A stretch of 64,000 bases of DNA from contig DASRHG010000027.1 of NCBI GenBank assembly GCA_035650655.1, positions 32,750 through 96,749 on the forward strand, read 5' to 3'. Shown piece by piece: positions 24,872 through 33,654 of this stretch. How positions within the stretch are numbered: position 1 is the stretch's first letter; each line of letters starts with the position of its first letter. The notes beneath the pieces are model-generated. The model did not search any database. It was not told the origin of the DNA and worked only from the letters and a program-made list of their open reading frames with translations. The stretch is from Candidatus Binatia bacterium (lineage in GTDB: Bacteria > Desulfobacterota > Binatia > DP-6). The translations under genes were made by a program, and so were the position numbers.

Positions 24872-27340
24872 TCAGTAGAGCAGTATGCGCGGACTCCGGA
24901 GCATGGCGGTGACGAGCCCCCGCCACGCCCGCTCGCCCCGGGTGCCGGGGACGGATCTCCGGCCCGTCCCGCTCTCGCTCGTGTCCGTCCAGAGCGCGCG
25001 GTAGAGCCCGACCCACGCGTCCACCTGGGGATCGGTCGTGGCGACGCGCTCCCCGTACAGCCGGCGGACGAGGGCCGCGAGCACCGCGCGCAGCACCGCG
25101 TCGTCCACGTTCGGGTCCTCGGTTCCCGTGACGCCGTGGAGGAGACGGCGCGCGCCGTCGGGCAGCGCGAGGTCCGTCTGGACCACGAAGTCCGCGGCGA
25201 GCGCCGCGACCTTCCGCTGCACGACGGCGACGGAGGCGTTCAGCGCGTCGGAACGGCCCGACACGCTCACGCCGTCGATGCCGCCGAGGATCACCTCGAA
25301 GCCGTCGTGGTCGCTCGTGAGGAGGGGGACGGGCTCGGTGCGCGGCGGCGTGCCGTCGTCGCGGGGGTCGCGGGTCCAGACGAAGCCCGTCAGGTCCGCG
25401 ATCAGGCGCTCGAGGCGCTCGGGCGACGTCCGCCGCACCCACTCCGGTGCGCCGTCCACGGGCATCGAGCGGTACGCGCCGGACAGCATCCAGCGCTTCA
25501 CGAGCTTCCGGAAGTCGTACCCGTCCTCGGTGGGCCAGCGCGCGGCGATGCCGGCCGCGGTCTCGAGCTCGAGCGACGTCTTCGGCGCCCGCAGGAAGAG
25601 GAGCTGGAAGGCGCGCTTCGTCTGACACTCGGCGAACTTGGGGTGCGTGGTGAGGAGGCGGCCGAGGTCGCGGATGTCGCCGCCCGGCACGCCGTAGACC
25701 GCCGGCGGACGCTTGTTCGCGCGCCGCCACCGCTCGGGGTCGCCGCGGTAGAAGCTCTGCGCGTCGTCCGTCTCGAGGCCGGCGTCGTCCATCGGGAAGA
25801 GGAACGACGCGAGCGGGTCCAGGCGGTCGTGGCACGCCTTGCAGTCCGCGCGCGTCGTGACGGCGTTCAGGACCGCGTCCGCGTCCGCGTTGTCGACGTT
25901 GCGCGTGACGTCGACGGGCGTGTCGAGGAAGTTGTAGCAGTGGAACACGATCGACCAGCGGTTCGCGCGCCGGCGGTTCTTGTTCGTGTCGTTCGTGTCC
26001 CAGACCTCGTAGAACGCGCTCGTCGAGAGGAGCCCGGCGTGCGGGCGCCCGTCGAGGTAGTGCGACGGCTGCCAGCCGGCGCCGACGACGGGCTCCATCG
26101 GGTACGGCATCCGGTCCGGGTCGGACTGGAAGAGGGCGTTCGCAACCGTGTAGTCCGCGGTCCCGATCTCCGTGAACGGCCGGTCGTTCGCGACGATCCA
26201 GGCGATGAGCTCGAGCGCCTCGCCGTAGATCGCCGCGGTCTCGTCGCGGCGCGAGTCGTTCTCGTCCTCGCGGCGGACGAGGAGCGCGTCGTCGTAGACG
26301 TCCTTCACGCGCTCGAGGAACTCGGGGCTGTGGAGATAGCCGTCGACGATCGCCTCGTACGCGCTCGGGTCCGCCTCGACGGCGTCGAGCTCGGCGGGCG
26401 CCGGCCGCGTGCCGCGGAGGTCCATCGCGGCGCGGACGAGGAGCTCGGCCGGCGGGATCGGGGCCATCGGCACCGACGGCGCCCCGTTGCACTGCTGTCC
26501 GCTCGCGACGAGCTGCACCCACTGCGCGAGGACGGCCGCCGCCTCGCTGCCCGGCGAGAGCTGCTGTCCGCCGCCGTGCGGCAGCTCGGCGAGCGGCTTC
26601 TGGAGGATCCGCGACTGCTCGGGGCGCGCCGTGTCGATCATGAGGGCGACGCTCGCCTGCGTCGCCCTGGGATCGCCGAGCGTCACGCGGAAGCCGGTCG
26701 CCGCGGCGGCGCCGCCGGGGACGTGGCAGCCCGCGCAGATCGGCTGGAGGACGAGCCCCATCACCCGTCCGTCGAAGAAGGAGCTGTCGCAGGTGGCGGG
26801 CGGCGTCGCCGGGGGCTGCACGATCCTCCGCGCGAGCGCGAGCATCCCCTTCGCGTGCACCGTGCGGCCGGCGAGCCGCGCGATGCCGAGGACGGTCGTG
26901 CCGTTCGCCCGTCCGCGCCAGCGGAACCGGACGCCGGTGCTGCTCGTGCCCGTGAGCGTCACGCGCGCGCGGCGCGCCCGGCCGTTCACGTGGTAGACCG
27001 CCGTGCCGGCGGGGGCCGGCAGCGCGATCGCGAGCGTGCCGGAGACGGCGGCACCCGTCTGCGCGAGCGCGCCGGCGACGACGGCGGGGGGATGCCTGCG
27101 GCGCAACGTGAGCGTGCCGTCGTAGGACGCCGTGAGGTCGGCGCGGGCGGACGTCGCGAGGAGGGCCGCGCCGAGGACGACGCCGAGGAGCACGCGCGGC
27201 GCCGCCGGTCCACATCCGTACGCGGCGCGACGCGAACCCGTCGGTCCCGGCTCGCGCCGCTCACAGCGCCGCCCCGCGGCTCCGACGTGCCGCCCGCGTG
27301 CCTCCGCCGCCACCACGCCCGTCCCGCTTGCCTTTCCCAT
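24872..27340 (-). CDS. large secreted DUF1588/DUF1592-like protein with two CxxCH motifs
   Basis: It carries CAGCH and CKACH motifs and the pattern ..NRRRANRWSIVFHCYNFLD...C..CH..LDPL.. . It lies 18 nt upstream of the DUF1501 gene. The start is uncertain: ATG 27340, or a later start ahead of the hydrophobic segment VLLGVVLGAALLATSARA. Confidence 0.7.
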   Translation of the reverse strand: MGKASGTGVVAAEARGRHVGAAGRRCERREPGPTGSRRAAYGCGPAAPRVLLGVVLGAALLATSARADLTASYDGTLTLRRRHPPAVVAGALAQTGAAVSGTLAIALPAPAGTAVYHVNGRARRARVTLTGTSSTGVRFRWRGRANGTTVLGIARLAGRTVHAKGMLALARRIVQPPATPPATCDSSFFDGRVMGLVLQPICAGCHVPGGAAAATGFRVTLGDPRATQASVALMIDTARPEQSRILQKPLAELPHGGGQQLSPGSEAAAVLAQWVQLVASGQQCNGAPSVPMAPIPPAELLVRAAMDLRGTRPAPAELDAVEADPSAYEAIVDGYLHSPEFLERVKDVYDDALLVRREDENDSRRDETAAIYGEALELIAWIVANDRPFTEIGTADYTVANALFQSDPDRMPYPMEPVVGAGWQPSHYLDGRPHAGLLSTSAFYEVWDTNDTNKNRRRANRWSIVFHCYNFLDTPVDVTRNVDNADADAVLNAVTTRADCKACHDRLDPLASFLFPMDDAGLETDDAQSFYRGDPERWRRANKRPPAVYGVPGGDIRDLGRLLTTHPKFAECQTKRAFQLLFLRAPKTSLELETAAGIAARWPTEDGYDFRKLVKRWMLSGAYRSMPVDGAPEWVRRTSPERLERLIADLTGFVWTRDPRDDGTPPRTEPVPLLTSDHDGFEVILGGIDGVSVSGRSDALNASVAVVQRKVAALAADFVVQTDLALPDGARRLLHGVTGTEDPNVDDAVLRAVLAALVRRLYGERVATTDPQVDAWVGLYRALWTDTSESGTGRRSVPGTRGERAWRGLVTAMLRSPRILLY

Positions 27341-27476
27341 CGCCGCACCTCGCGCCGTGCCGCCCGGGGTGGAGCAACGCCCGTACCGCGGGGCGCCCGT
27401 ACGACGTCGTGCGCCGTGACGTCCGCCTTGACACTTCCCGCGGGGCCTCGTTAGCCTCCGCAGCCTGCACGGCAAC

Positions 27477-28694
27477 CTGAGCGGCATCCGCGTCCTCGAC
27501 CTGACGCACGAGCCCGGCTTCTTCGCCGGCAAGCTCCTCGGCGACCTCGGCGCCGACGTCGTGAAGGTCGAGCCGCCGGCGGGCGACCCGGCGCGGCGGC
27601 GCGGGCCCTTTTGGGGCGGCGTCGAGGACCCCGAGCGCTCGCTCCTGTGGCTCGCCATGAACACCTCGAAGCGCGGCATCACGCTCGACGTGGCACGGCC
27701 GCGCGGGCGCGCGCTCTTCCTCGACCTCGCGGCGCGGGCCGACGTCGTCCTCGAAAGCGACCCGCCGGGCGCGATGGAGGCCCGGGGGCTCGGGTGGGAC
27801 GTGCTCGCCGCCCGCAACCCGCGCCTCGTCCTCTGCTCGCTCACGCCCTTCGGACGGCGCGGTCCGCATGCGGAGCGCCGCGGCTCCGATCTCACCGTCG
27901 TCGCCGCGAGCGGCAACCTCTTCTGCACCGGGGACCCCGACCGCGCGCCCGTCCGCTGCTCGCTCCCCGTCTCGCACTACCACGGCGGGATCGAGGCCGC
28001 GGTCGGCGTCGCGTTCGCGCTCCTCGCCCGCGAGCGGAGCGGGCGCGGGCAGCACGTCGACGTGGCCCTCCAGGAGGCGATGGTGATGCCGAACGTCGGC
28101 ACCGCGGCGATGGCGAAGATGACCGGCTTCCGCGGGCAGCGGACCGGCGCCGCGATCCGCCTCGGCGAGAGCGTCGGGCGCGAGATCTGGCCGTGCAAGG
28201 ACGGCTTCGTCACCTTCGCGCTCCGCGGCGGCCCGGCGCGCGTGCCGGGGCTCGTCGCGATGGTCGCCTACATGCACGAGCACGGCATGGCGTCGGCGGA
28301 GCTCCGGGCGCGGGACTGGACGGCGCACAACGCGAACCTCCTGACGCAGGCCGAGACCGACGCGCTCCAGCGCGAGTTCGGCGCCTTCTTCGCGACGAAG
28401 ACGATGGCGGAGCTCTACGAGGCGGCCTGCGCGCGGAACCTGATGCTCGCGCCGACGTACACGGCGCGCGAGATCGCCCGCTCGGCGCAGCTCGCCGCGC
28501 GCGAGTTCTTCGTCGAGGTCGAGACCCCGGGCGGCGGCCGGCTCCGCTATCCGGGGGCCTTTGCGCGCGGCTCCTCGCCGATCGGCATCCGCCGCCCCGC
28601 GCCGCGGCTCGGCGAGCACACCGCGGAGGTGCTGGGCGAGGTCGGCGTCGACGCGGCCGCGCTCGCGAGCCTGCGTGCGGAGGGCATCGTGTGA
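27477..28694 (+). CDS. family III CoA-transferase (CaiB/BaiF-like); probable non-canonical CTG start
   Basis: The conserved N-terminal motif SGIRVLDLTHEPGFFAGKLLGDLGADVVKVEPP begins at 27480. That is upstream of the first GTG (27561) and downstream of the in-frame TGA (27429-27431). The Asp motif GSDLTVVAASG is present. Confidence 0.8.
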   Translation: MSGIRVLDLTHEPGFFAGKLLGDLGADVVKVEPPAGDPARRRGPFWGGVEDPERSLLWLAMNTSKRGITLDVARPRGRALFLDLAARADVVLESDPPGAMEARGLGWDVLAARNPRLVLCSLTPFGRRGPHAERRGSDLTVVAASGNLFCTGDPDRAPVRCSLPVSHYHGGIEAAVGVAFALLARERSGRGQHVDVALQEAMVMPNVGTAAMAKMTGFRGQRTGAAIRLGESVGREIWPCKDGFVTFALRGGPARVPGLVAMVAYMHEHGMASAELRARDWTAHNANLLTQAETDALQREFGAFFATKTMAELYEAACARNLMLAPTYTAREIARSAQLAAREFFVEVETPGGGRLRYPGAFARGSSPIGIRRPAPRLGEHTAEVLGEVGVDAAALASLRAEGIV

Positions 28695-29911
28695 CGGCGC
28701 TCTTCGCCGGGACCACGCTCCTCGAGCTCGGCGGCGGCGCCGCAGGGCCCGTCGCGACGCGCTACTTCGCGGACCACGGCGCCACCGTCATCCGCGTCGA
28801 GTCCCGCCGGCGTCCCGACTTCCTCCGCATCCTCCGCATGACGCCGACCACGAAGGGCGGCGTGGACGGCTCCGAGCACTTCGCGGTCCTGAACGCGAAC
28901 AAGCTCTCCGTCGCCCTCGACCTCTCCAAGCCGGAGGGTGTCGGCGTGGCCCGCCGGCTCGCGCTCTGGGCCGACGCGGTGGCGGAGAACTTCGCACCCG
29001 GCGCGATGGCGAAGTGGGGCCTCGACTATGCGTCGCTCGTGAAGGCGCGCCCGGACCTCGTCATGATCAGCACGTGTCTCAACGGCCAGACCGGGCCCGA
29101 GCGGCACTACCCCGGCTTCGGCGGGCAGGGCTCGGCGCTCGCCGGCTTCAACCATTTGACGGGCTGGCCGGACCGCGAGCCGGTCGGCCCCTACGGCACG
29201 ATCACGGACTCGCTGTCACCGCGCTTCGCGGCGCTCCTCCTCGCCTCCGCGCTCCTCCACCGCGCGCGGACGGGCGAGGGCCAGCACATCGATCTCTCGC
29301 AGGTCGAGGCGGGCATCGTCTGCCTCACCGAGAGCATGCTGGCGTGGACGGCGAACGGCGAGGTCCTCGGGCGAATGGGGAACCGCTCCCGGCACGCCGC
29401 GCCGCACGGCGTCTTCCGCGCGGCGGACCGCGACGGCCGCGAGCGCTGGATCGCGATCGCCGTCCACGACGACGCCGACTGGGCGCGCCTCGTCGATGCG
29501 CTCGGCCGCCCGGCCTGGGCGACGGCGCCCGCCCTCGCGACGGCGGCCGGCCGCCTGGCCGCGGTCGACGCGATCGAGACGGCTCTCGAGGCGTGGACGC
29601 GCGCTCGCGACGCCGAGGCGACCGCGGCGCTCCTCCAGGCGGCCGGCGTCGACGCGGCGCCCGTCGCCGATCTCGGCGACCTCCACGACGACCCACAGCT
29701 CGCGCACCGGCGCCACTTCCGGCCCGTCGAGCACCCCGTGCTCGGCCGCCACCCCGTCGAGACCCACGCCATCCGCTTCTCGGACATGGAGCCCGAGATC
29801 GCCCGCCCGGCACCGCGCCTCGGCGAGCACACGGAGCACGTCCTCCGCGACCTCTACGGGATGGATGGGGAGGAGTTCGCGCGGCTCAGCGCCGCGGGCG
29901 TCTTCGCGTGA
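28691..29911 (+). CDS. family III CoA-transferase paralogue (catalytic Asp position apparently Gly)
   Basis: GTG 28691 overlaps the upstream stop (GTGA). Motifs include LLELGGGAAGPVATRYFADHGATVIRVE and EGQHIDLSQ. The motif PGFGGQGSALAG aligns with PGYDxxxQAxSG. Confidence 0.8.
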   Translation: MTALFAGTTLLELGGGAAGPVATRYFADHGATVIRVESRRRPDFLRILRMTPTTKGGVDGSEHFAVLNANKLSVALDLSKPEGVGVARRLALWADAVAENFAPGAMAKWGLDYASLVKARPDLVMISTCLNGQTGPERHYPGFGGQGSALAGFNHLTGWPDREPVGPYGTITDSLSPRFAALLLASALLHRARTGEGQHIDLSQVEAGIVCLTESMLAWTANGEVLGRMGNRSRHAAPHGVFRAADRDGRERWIAIAVHDDADWARLVDALGRPAWATAPALATAAGRLAAVDAIETALEAWTRARDAEATAALLQAAGVDAAPVADLGDLHDDPQLAHRRHFRPVEHPVLGRHPVETHAIRFSDMEPEIARPAPRLGEHTEHVLRDLYGMDGEEFARLSAAGVFA

Positions 29912-29917
29912 GCGCGG

Positions 29918-31423
29918 TCAGGGCCGCCCGCGCACACCGTACCTGACGGTCGCCTTCGCGCTGCCCTGGCCGGTCGTCGTGACCGTCCACGTGTCCTTGA
30001 ACCGCGCGACGTCGGCGAACTTGTTCCGCAGGGTCACGGTCTCGTTCAGGACCTCGAGCGACGCGCCGACCGGCACGATCGCTTCGCCGCCGGGGGCGAG
30101 GAACTCGAGGACCCGGACGCACGTCTCGTCCGGGCCGCAGCTCGGGCACTGGGCCTTCGAGCAGTCGGAGTCGTGCTCGCACGGCCGGACGACGTTCTCC
30201 GAGCAATGCGACGAGGCGAGGCAGATCTCGCCGGCGACGCACGTCGGGCAGGCGCCCGGCGAGCAGTCGAGATTCGTGCTGCACGCGACGTCGGTCGAGA
30301 CCGAGCAGTGCTTCAGGTCGAAGGTCGTGGTGTGGGACATCTTCGTCCCGCCGACGTCGAGGTCCTCCGTGCACGAGAGCACGTTGCCGCCCTTCAGGAG
30401 GAAGGTGCACGGCGGGAGGCCGCCCTTCGGCCTGCTCTCGTTCCGCAGCACGAGCCGCAGGTTCACGGCGCTTCCGCCCGCCGCACCCGGGTCGTAGAGC
30501 GGCCGCTTCGGCGTCACCAGCGCGACGAGCCGCGGGTCGGAGCTGCACTCGGTGACCGTGAGCGAGATCTTGTCGCAGAGCGCGCTGCCGTCGGCGAGCG
30601 TCGCCGTCACCGCGGCGACGAACGGGCCCGCGCTCGTGTAGGTGAGGTCGTCGGTGCACGCGTCGTACGGGCGAGCGGGCGCGGGCACAGCGCAGGTGCC
30701 GACGGTCTTCGAGGCGCCGCCGCCGTTGTCGAACGTGAAGCTCGAGACGGCGGGCAGGCCCGGTGGAAGGTCGAGCGTGGCGCCGAAGAAGGGCTCGACG
30801 CTCGTGGGGACGACCGGATGGCGGCCGACGCCGGCGTCGTCGTCGACGTAGAGGACGAGGCTCCCGAGGCGCCCGTAGCCGATCGTCGCGCGCGCCGCGC
30901 CAAGCCGGCGCCTCCCGGCCTTCACCTTCACCTGGATGCGAACCGCCCCGCCCTTGACCGGCCTCGACGTGCTCGCGGGCAGCGTGTCGCACGTGGGCGC
31001 CACCCAGAGGATCGAGGGCTCGCCGTAGAAGCGGAGCCGGTCGCCGGTCAGGTCGCAGGAGTTCCCGAACTCCGCGCACATCCCGGCGATCGCCGCCGTC
31101 GTGTCGGCGGGCCCGAGGTCGAGGTCCGCGGCGACCGTCCCGACCGCGGGCCTCTTCACCGACCACGAATACCGGAGCGGCTGCCCCGGCGGCGCCCCGG
31201 CGGCCTCGGCGCGAAGGCGGACCACGTTCGCCGGGAGCCCGGCGTCGGTCAGCCGGAAGAGGCTCGAGCAATCCACCTCCTCCTGGGTCGTGTAGAGCGC
31301 CTCGGTCCGCGAGGCGGTGAGCCGGACGGTCGCACCGGCTGCGGTCGGGCCCGCGGCGACCGCGAGGACGAGCGCCATCGCGGGACCCGCGGGCCGCCGC
31401 CGGCCGCGCGCGCTCAGACGCAC
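29918..31423 (-). CDS. hypothetical secreted Cys-rich protein (501 aa)
   Basis: It has a signal-like N-terminus and many paired cysteines near the C-terminus (CSTNLDCSPGACPTCVAGEIC..CEHDSDCSKAQCPSC). Composition is balanced. Confidence 0.6.
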   Translation of the reverse strand: MRLSARGRRRPAGPAMALVLAVAAGPTAAGATVRLTASRTEALYTTQEEVDCSSLFRLTDAGLPANVVRLRAEAAGAPPGQPLRYSWSVKRPAVGTVAADLDLGPADTTAAIAGMCAEFGNSCDLTGDRLRFYGEPSILWVAPTCDTLPASTSRPVKGGAVRIQVKVKAGRRRLGAARATIGYGRLGSLVLYVDDDAGVGRHPVVPTSVEPFFGATLDLPPGLPAVSSFTFDNGGGASKTVGTCAVPAPARPYDACTDDLTYTSAGPFVAAVTATLADGSALCDKISLTVTECSSDPRLVALVTPKRPLYDPGAAGGSAVNLRLVLRNESRPKGGLPPCTFLLKGGNVLSCTEDLDVGGTKMSHTTTFDLKHCSVSTDVACSTNLDCSPGACPTCVAGEICLASSHCSENVVRPCEHDSDCSKAQCPSCGPDETCVRVLEFLAPGGEAIVPVGASLEVLNETVTLRNKFADVARFKDTWTVTTTGQGSAKATVRYGVRGRP

Positions 31424-31512
31424 CCGCCCCCTCCCCTCTCACCCACGCGCGACGATTGCCGGATTCGTCCCCCGAAGGCAAGGTTCGGGCCGGCGGGGCT
31501 CGGGCACGGCAA

Positions 31513-31541
31513 TTGACACCGCCGGCGCGCTTCAATTTAGC
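31513..31541 (+). promoter_or_regulatory. candidate promoter TTGACA-17-TTTAGC, 8 nt upstream of ATG 31550
   Basis: The -35 hexamer is perfect, but the -10 is weak (3/6). Confidence 0.2.
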
Positions 31542-31549
31542 TGGGCTCG

Positions 31550-31888
31550 ATGGACGACCTCCGCCAGCAGGCGAGGCAGATCATCAGCCACGTCGTGCGG
31601 TCGATCGACCGCCGGCTCGCCGTCGAGGTGCGCGAGGTCCCGGGCCAGGACCGGCTCCACGTCGCCCTCACCCATCAGAGCCGGCGGGGCGAGCTCGAGC
31701 TGCCGCTCGAGCAGGTGCTCGCCGCCGCGGGCAGCTCGATGGCGCGGCACGAGCTCCGCCTCCGCCTGAAGCGTGCGAACGACACCATGCTCTTCCGGCC
31801 GATGCCCGATCACCGCCTCTCCGTGAAGCCGGTTCTGCCGCCCGGCGGCCAGGCGGCGCGCCCGCCGCGCGGCCGCGGCCGCCGCTGA
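31550..31888 (+). CDS. hypothetical 112-aa protein
   Basis: ATG ORF with a non-Arg-biased N-terminal 90 aa; no SD sequence was seen. Confidence 0.5.
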   Translation: MDDLRQQARQIISHVVRSIDRRLAVEVREVPGQDRLHVALTHQSRRGELELPLEQVLAAAGSSMARHELRLRLKRANDTMLFRPMPDHRLSVKPVLPPGGQAARPPRGRGRR

Positions 31889-31905
31889 CGGCGTCGCCCG
31901 TCCGC

Positions 31906-33576
31906 TCAGCGGGCCGCGCGCTTCGGCGCCGACGCCGGCGTCGGCGTCGGCGTCGGCGCGCGGAGCGCCGCCTGCGCCTTGGCCCGGAGGTAGTCCTCGT
32001 AGTTCCCGAGATAGCGGACCACCTTCCCGTGCCCCACCTCGAGGATCTGCGTCGGGAGCTGGTCGAGGAGATAGCGGTCGTGCGCGACCAGCACGAGCGT
32101 CCCGCCGTACGCGAGGAGCGCCTCGAGGAGAACCTCCTTCGCGGTCAAGTCGAGGTGGTTCGTCGGCTCGTCGCGGAGGAGGCAGTTCGCGGGCTCGAGG
32201 AGGAGCTTCGCGAGCGCGAGCCGGCTCCGCTCGCCGCCCGAGAGGACGCCGACGCGCTTGTCGACGCTGTCGCCGGAGAAGAGGAAGGCGCCGAGGAGCG
32301 TCCGCACGTGCGGGGCCATCTCGACGGACGCGGCGCCCATCACCTCGGCGAGCACCGTCCTGTCGTCGCCCAGCATCTCGGCGTGGTCCTGGGCGAAGTA
32401 CCCGAGCGCGACGTTGTGCCCGACCTTCCGCGAGCCGCCGTCCAGCGCGAGCACCCCGGCGAGCAGCTTGAGCAGCGTCGTCTTCCCGGCGCCGTTCGGC
32501 CCCACGAGCGCGACGCGCTGACCGCGCTCGATCAGCACGTCGGCGCCGTCGTACACGACCGTGTCGCCGTAGCGCTTCGTCGCACCCTCGAGCGCGAGCA
32601 CGACGCGGCCGCTCCGCGCCGCCTCGGGCAGCCGGATCCTGAGCGTGCGCTCGTGGCCGTCCGGCGGCGGCAGGCGGTCCATCTTCTCGAGCTGCTTCAA
32701 CCGGCTCTGCACGAGCGCCGCCTTCGACGCCTGGTAGCGGAAGCGGTTGATGAACGACTCGATCCGCTCGATCTCCGCCTTCTGGGTCTCGTACGCCGCC
32801 CGCGCCTGCTCGAGCCGCTGCTCGCGCTCGGCGAGGTAGCGGCTGTACGTCATCGGGTAGTCCGTCACCTTGCCGTGCAGCACCTCGGCGATCCGGTCGA
32901 CGACGACGTCGAGGAAGTAGCGGTCGTGCGCCACCATGATGACCGTCCCGGGGTACGCGGCGAGGAACTCCTCGAGCCAGGTACGCGCCTCGAGGTCGAG
33001 GTAGTTCGTCGGCTCGTCGAGGAGGAGGACGTCCGGGCGGCGGAGGAGGAGCTGCGCCAGCGCGACGCGCATCTGCCAGCCGCCCGACAGCGCCGCGCAG
33101 TCGCGTTCGAAGTCGGGCTCGGTGAAGCCGAGGCCGACGAGGACGCGCTCGGCCTCGGACTCGGTGTCGTAGCGGCCGCGGTGGTCCCACTCCTCGCAGA
33201 CCGCCACGTAGCGGTCCATGATCGTCTGGTACTCGTCGCTCTCCGGCGGCACCGTCGCGAGCGCGTGCTCGAGCGCGCTCCGGCGCTCGGCCAGCTCGTG
33301 CAGCTCCGCGAACGCGGCGAGCGCGTGGTCCCGCACCGTGACGCCGCGCGCGCCGAGGACGTGCTGCGGGAGGTAGCCGACGGTCGCGCCCCGGGGGAGC
33401 GCGACCGTGCCCGCGTCGGGCTCGAGCTCGCCCGCGACGATCTTGAGCAGCGTCGACTTCCCGGCGCCGTTCGGCCCGGTGAGGCCCACGCGAGCGCCGT
33501 CCGGCACGGACCACGACACGTCGGCGAGCACGATCTGCCCGCCGTACCGCTTGGAGATGCCCACGACGTTCAGCAC
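31906..33576 (-). CDS. ABC-F family ATPase (two ABC domains, no TMD)
   Basis: Two Walker A motifs (GPNGAGKST, GPNGAGKTT) and two signature motifs (LSGGWQMR, LSGGERSR). There is an inter-domain linker and a Pro/Thr-rich tail. The start is GTG. Confidence 0.92.
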   Translation of the reverse strand: MLNVVGISKRYGGQIVLADVSWSVPDGARVGLTGPNGAGKSTLLKIVAGELEPDAGTVALPRGATVGYLPQHVLGARGVTVRDHALAAFAELHELAERRSALEHALATVPPESDEYQTIMDRYVAVCEEWDHRGRYDTESEAERVLVGLGFTEPDFERDCAALSGGWQMRVALAQLLLRRPDVLLLDEPTNYLDLEARTWLEEFLAAYPGTVIMVAHDRYFLDVVVDRIAEVLHGKVTDYPMTYSRYLAEREQRLEQARAAYETQKAEIERIESFINRFRYQASKAALVQSRLKQLEKMDRLPPPDGHERTLRIRLPEAARSGRVVLALEGATKRYGDTVVYDGADVLIERGQRVALVGPNGAGKTTLLKLLAGVLALDGGSRKVGHNVALGYFAQDHAEMLGDDRTVLAEVMGAASVEMAPHVRTLLGAFLFSGDSVDKRVGVLSGGERSRLALAKLLLEPANCLLRDEPTNHLDLTAKEVLLEALLAYGGTLVLVAHDRYLLDQLPTQILEVGHGKVVRYLGNYEDYLRAKAQAALRAPTPTPTPASAPKRAAR

Positions 33577-33654
33577 GGCCCGCCAGAATGCCCGGCGCGC
33601 ACGCGCCCGGCAAGGCGCCGGCGGGAGAGAAGGCTCTCTCGACCCCGGTCGCCG

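Noticed and set aside
20246-27454. A 2402-aa ORF on the plus strand. Similar giants occur at 1008..5864(-), 15043..18714(-), 31456..36804(+), 31532..36193(-) and 51694..55638(+).
   Set aside because: The translations are Arg/Ala/Gly/Pro-rich with no recognisable motifs. They run antisense or out of frame across several well-supported genes. Long stop-free off-frames are expected at this GC content.
27341-27928. The N-terminal extension of the DUF1588-like gene (the track gives 1018 aa starting at 27928).
   Set aside because: The extension is Arg/Ser/Pro-rich and overlaps the divergent CoA-transferase gene. It also precedes the obvious signal-peptide-like segment. ATG 27340 or a later start is more plausible.
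31931-31958. A short tandem repeat, (GGCGTC)x3 plus a partial unit.
   Set aside because: It lies inside the 3' end of the ABC-F gene and simply encodes its Pro/Thr/Ala-rich C-terminal tail. It is too short to be a meaningful repeat locus.
33628-33643. The palindrome GAGAGA-aggc-TCTCTC between the long Hsp70 gene and the ABC-F gene, considered as a terminator.
   Set aside because: The stem is short and no T-tract follows on the transcribed (minus) strand. I cannot tell it apart from a chance palindrome, so co-transcription with the ABC-F gene stays open.
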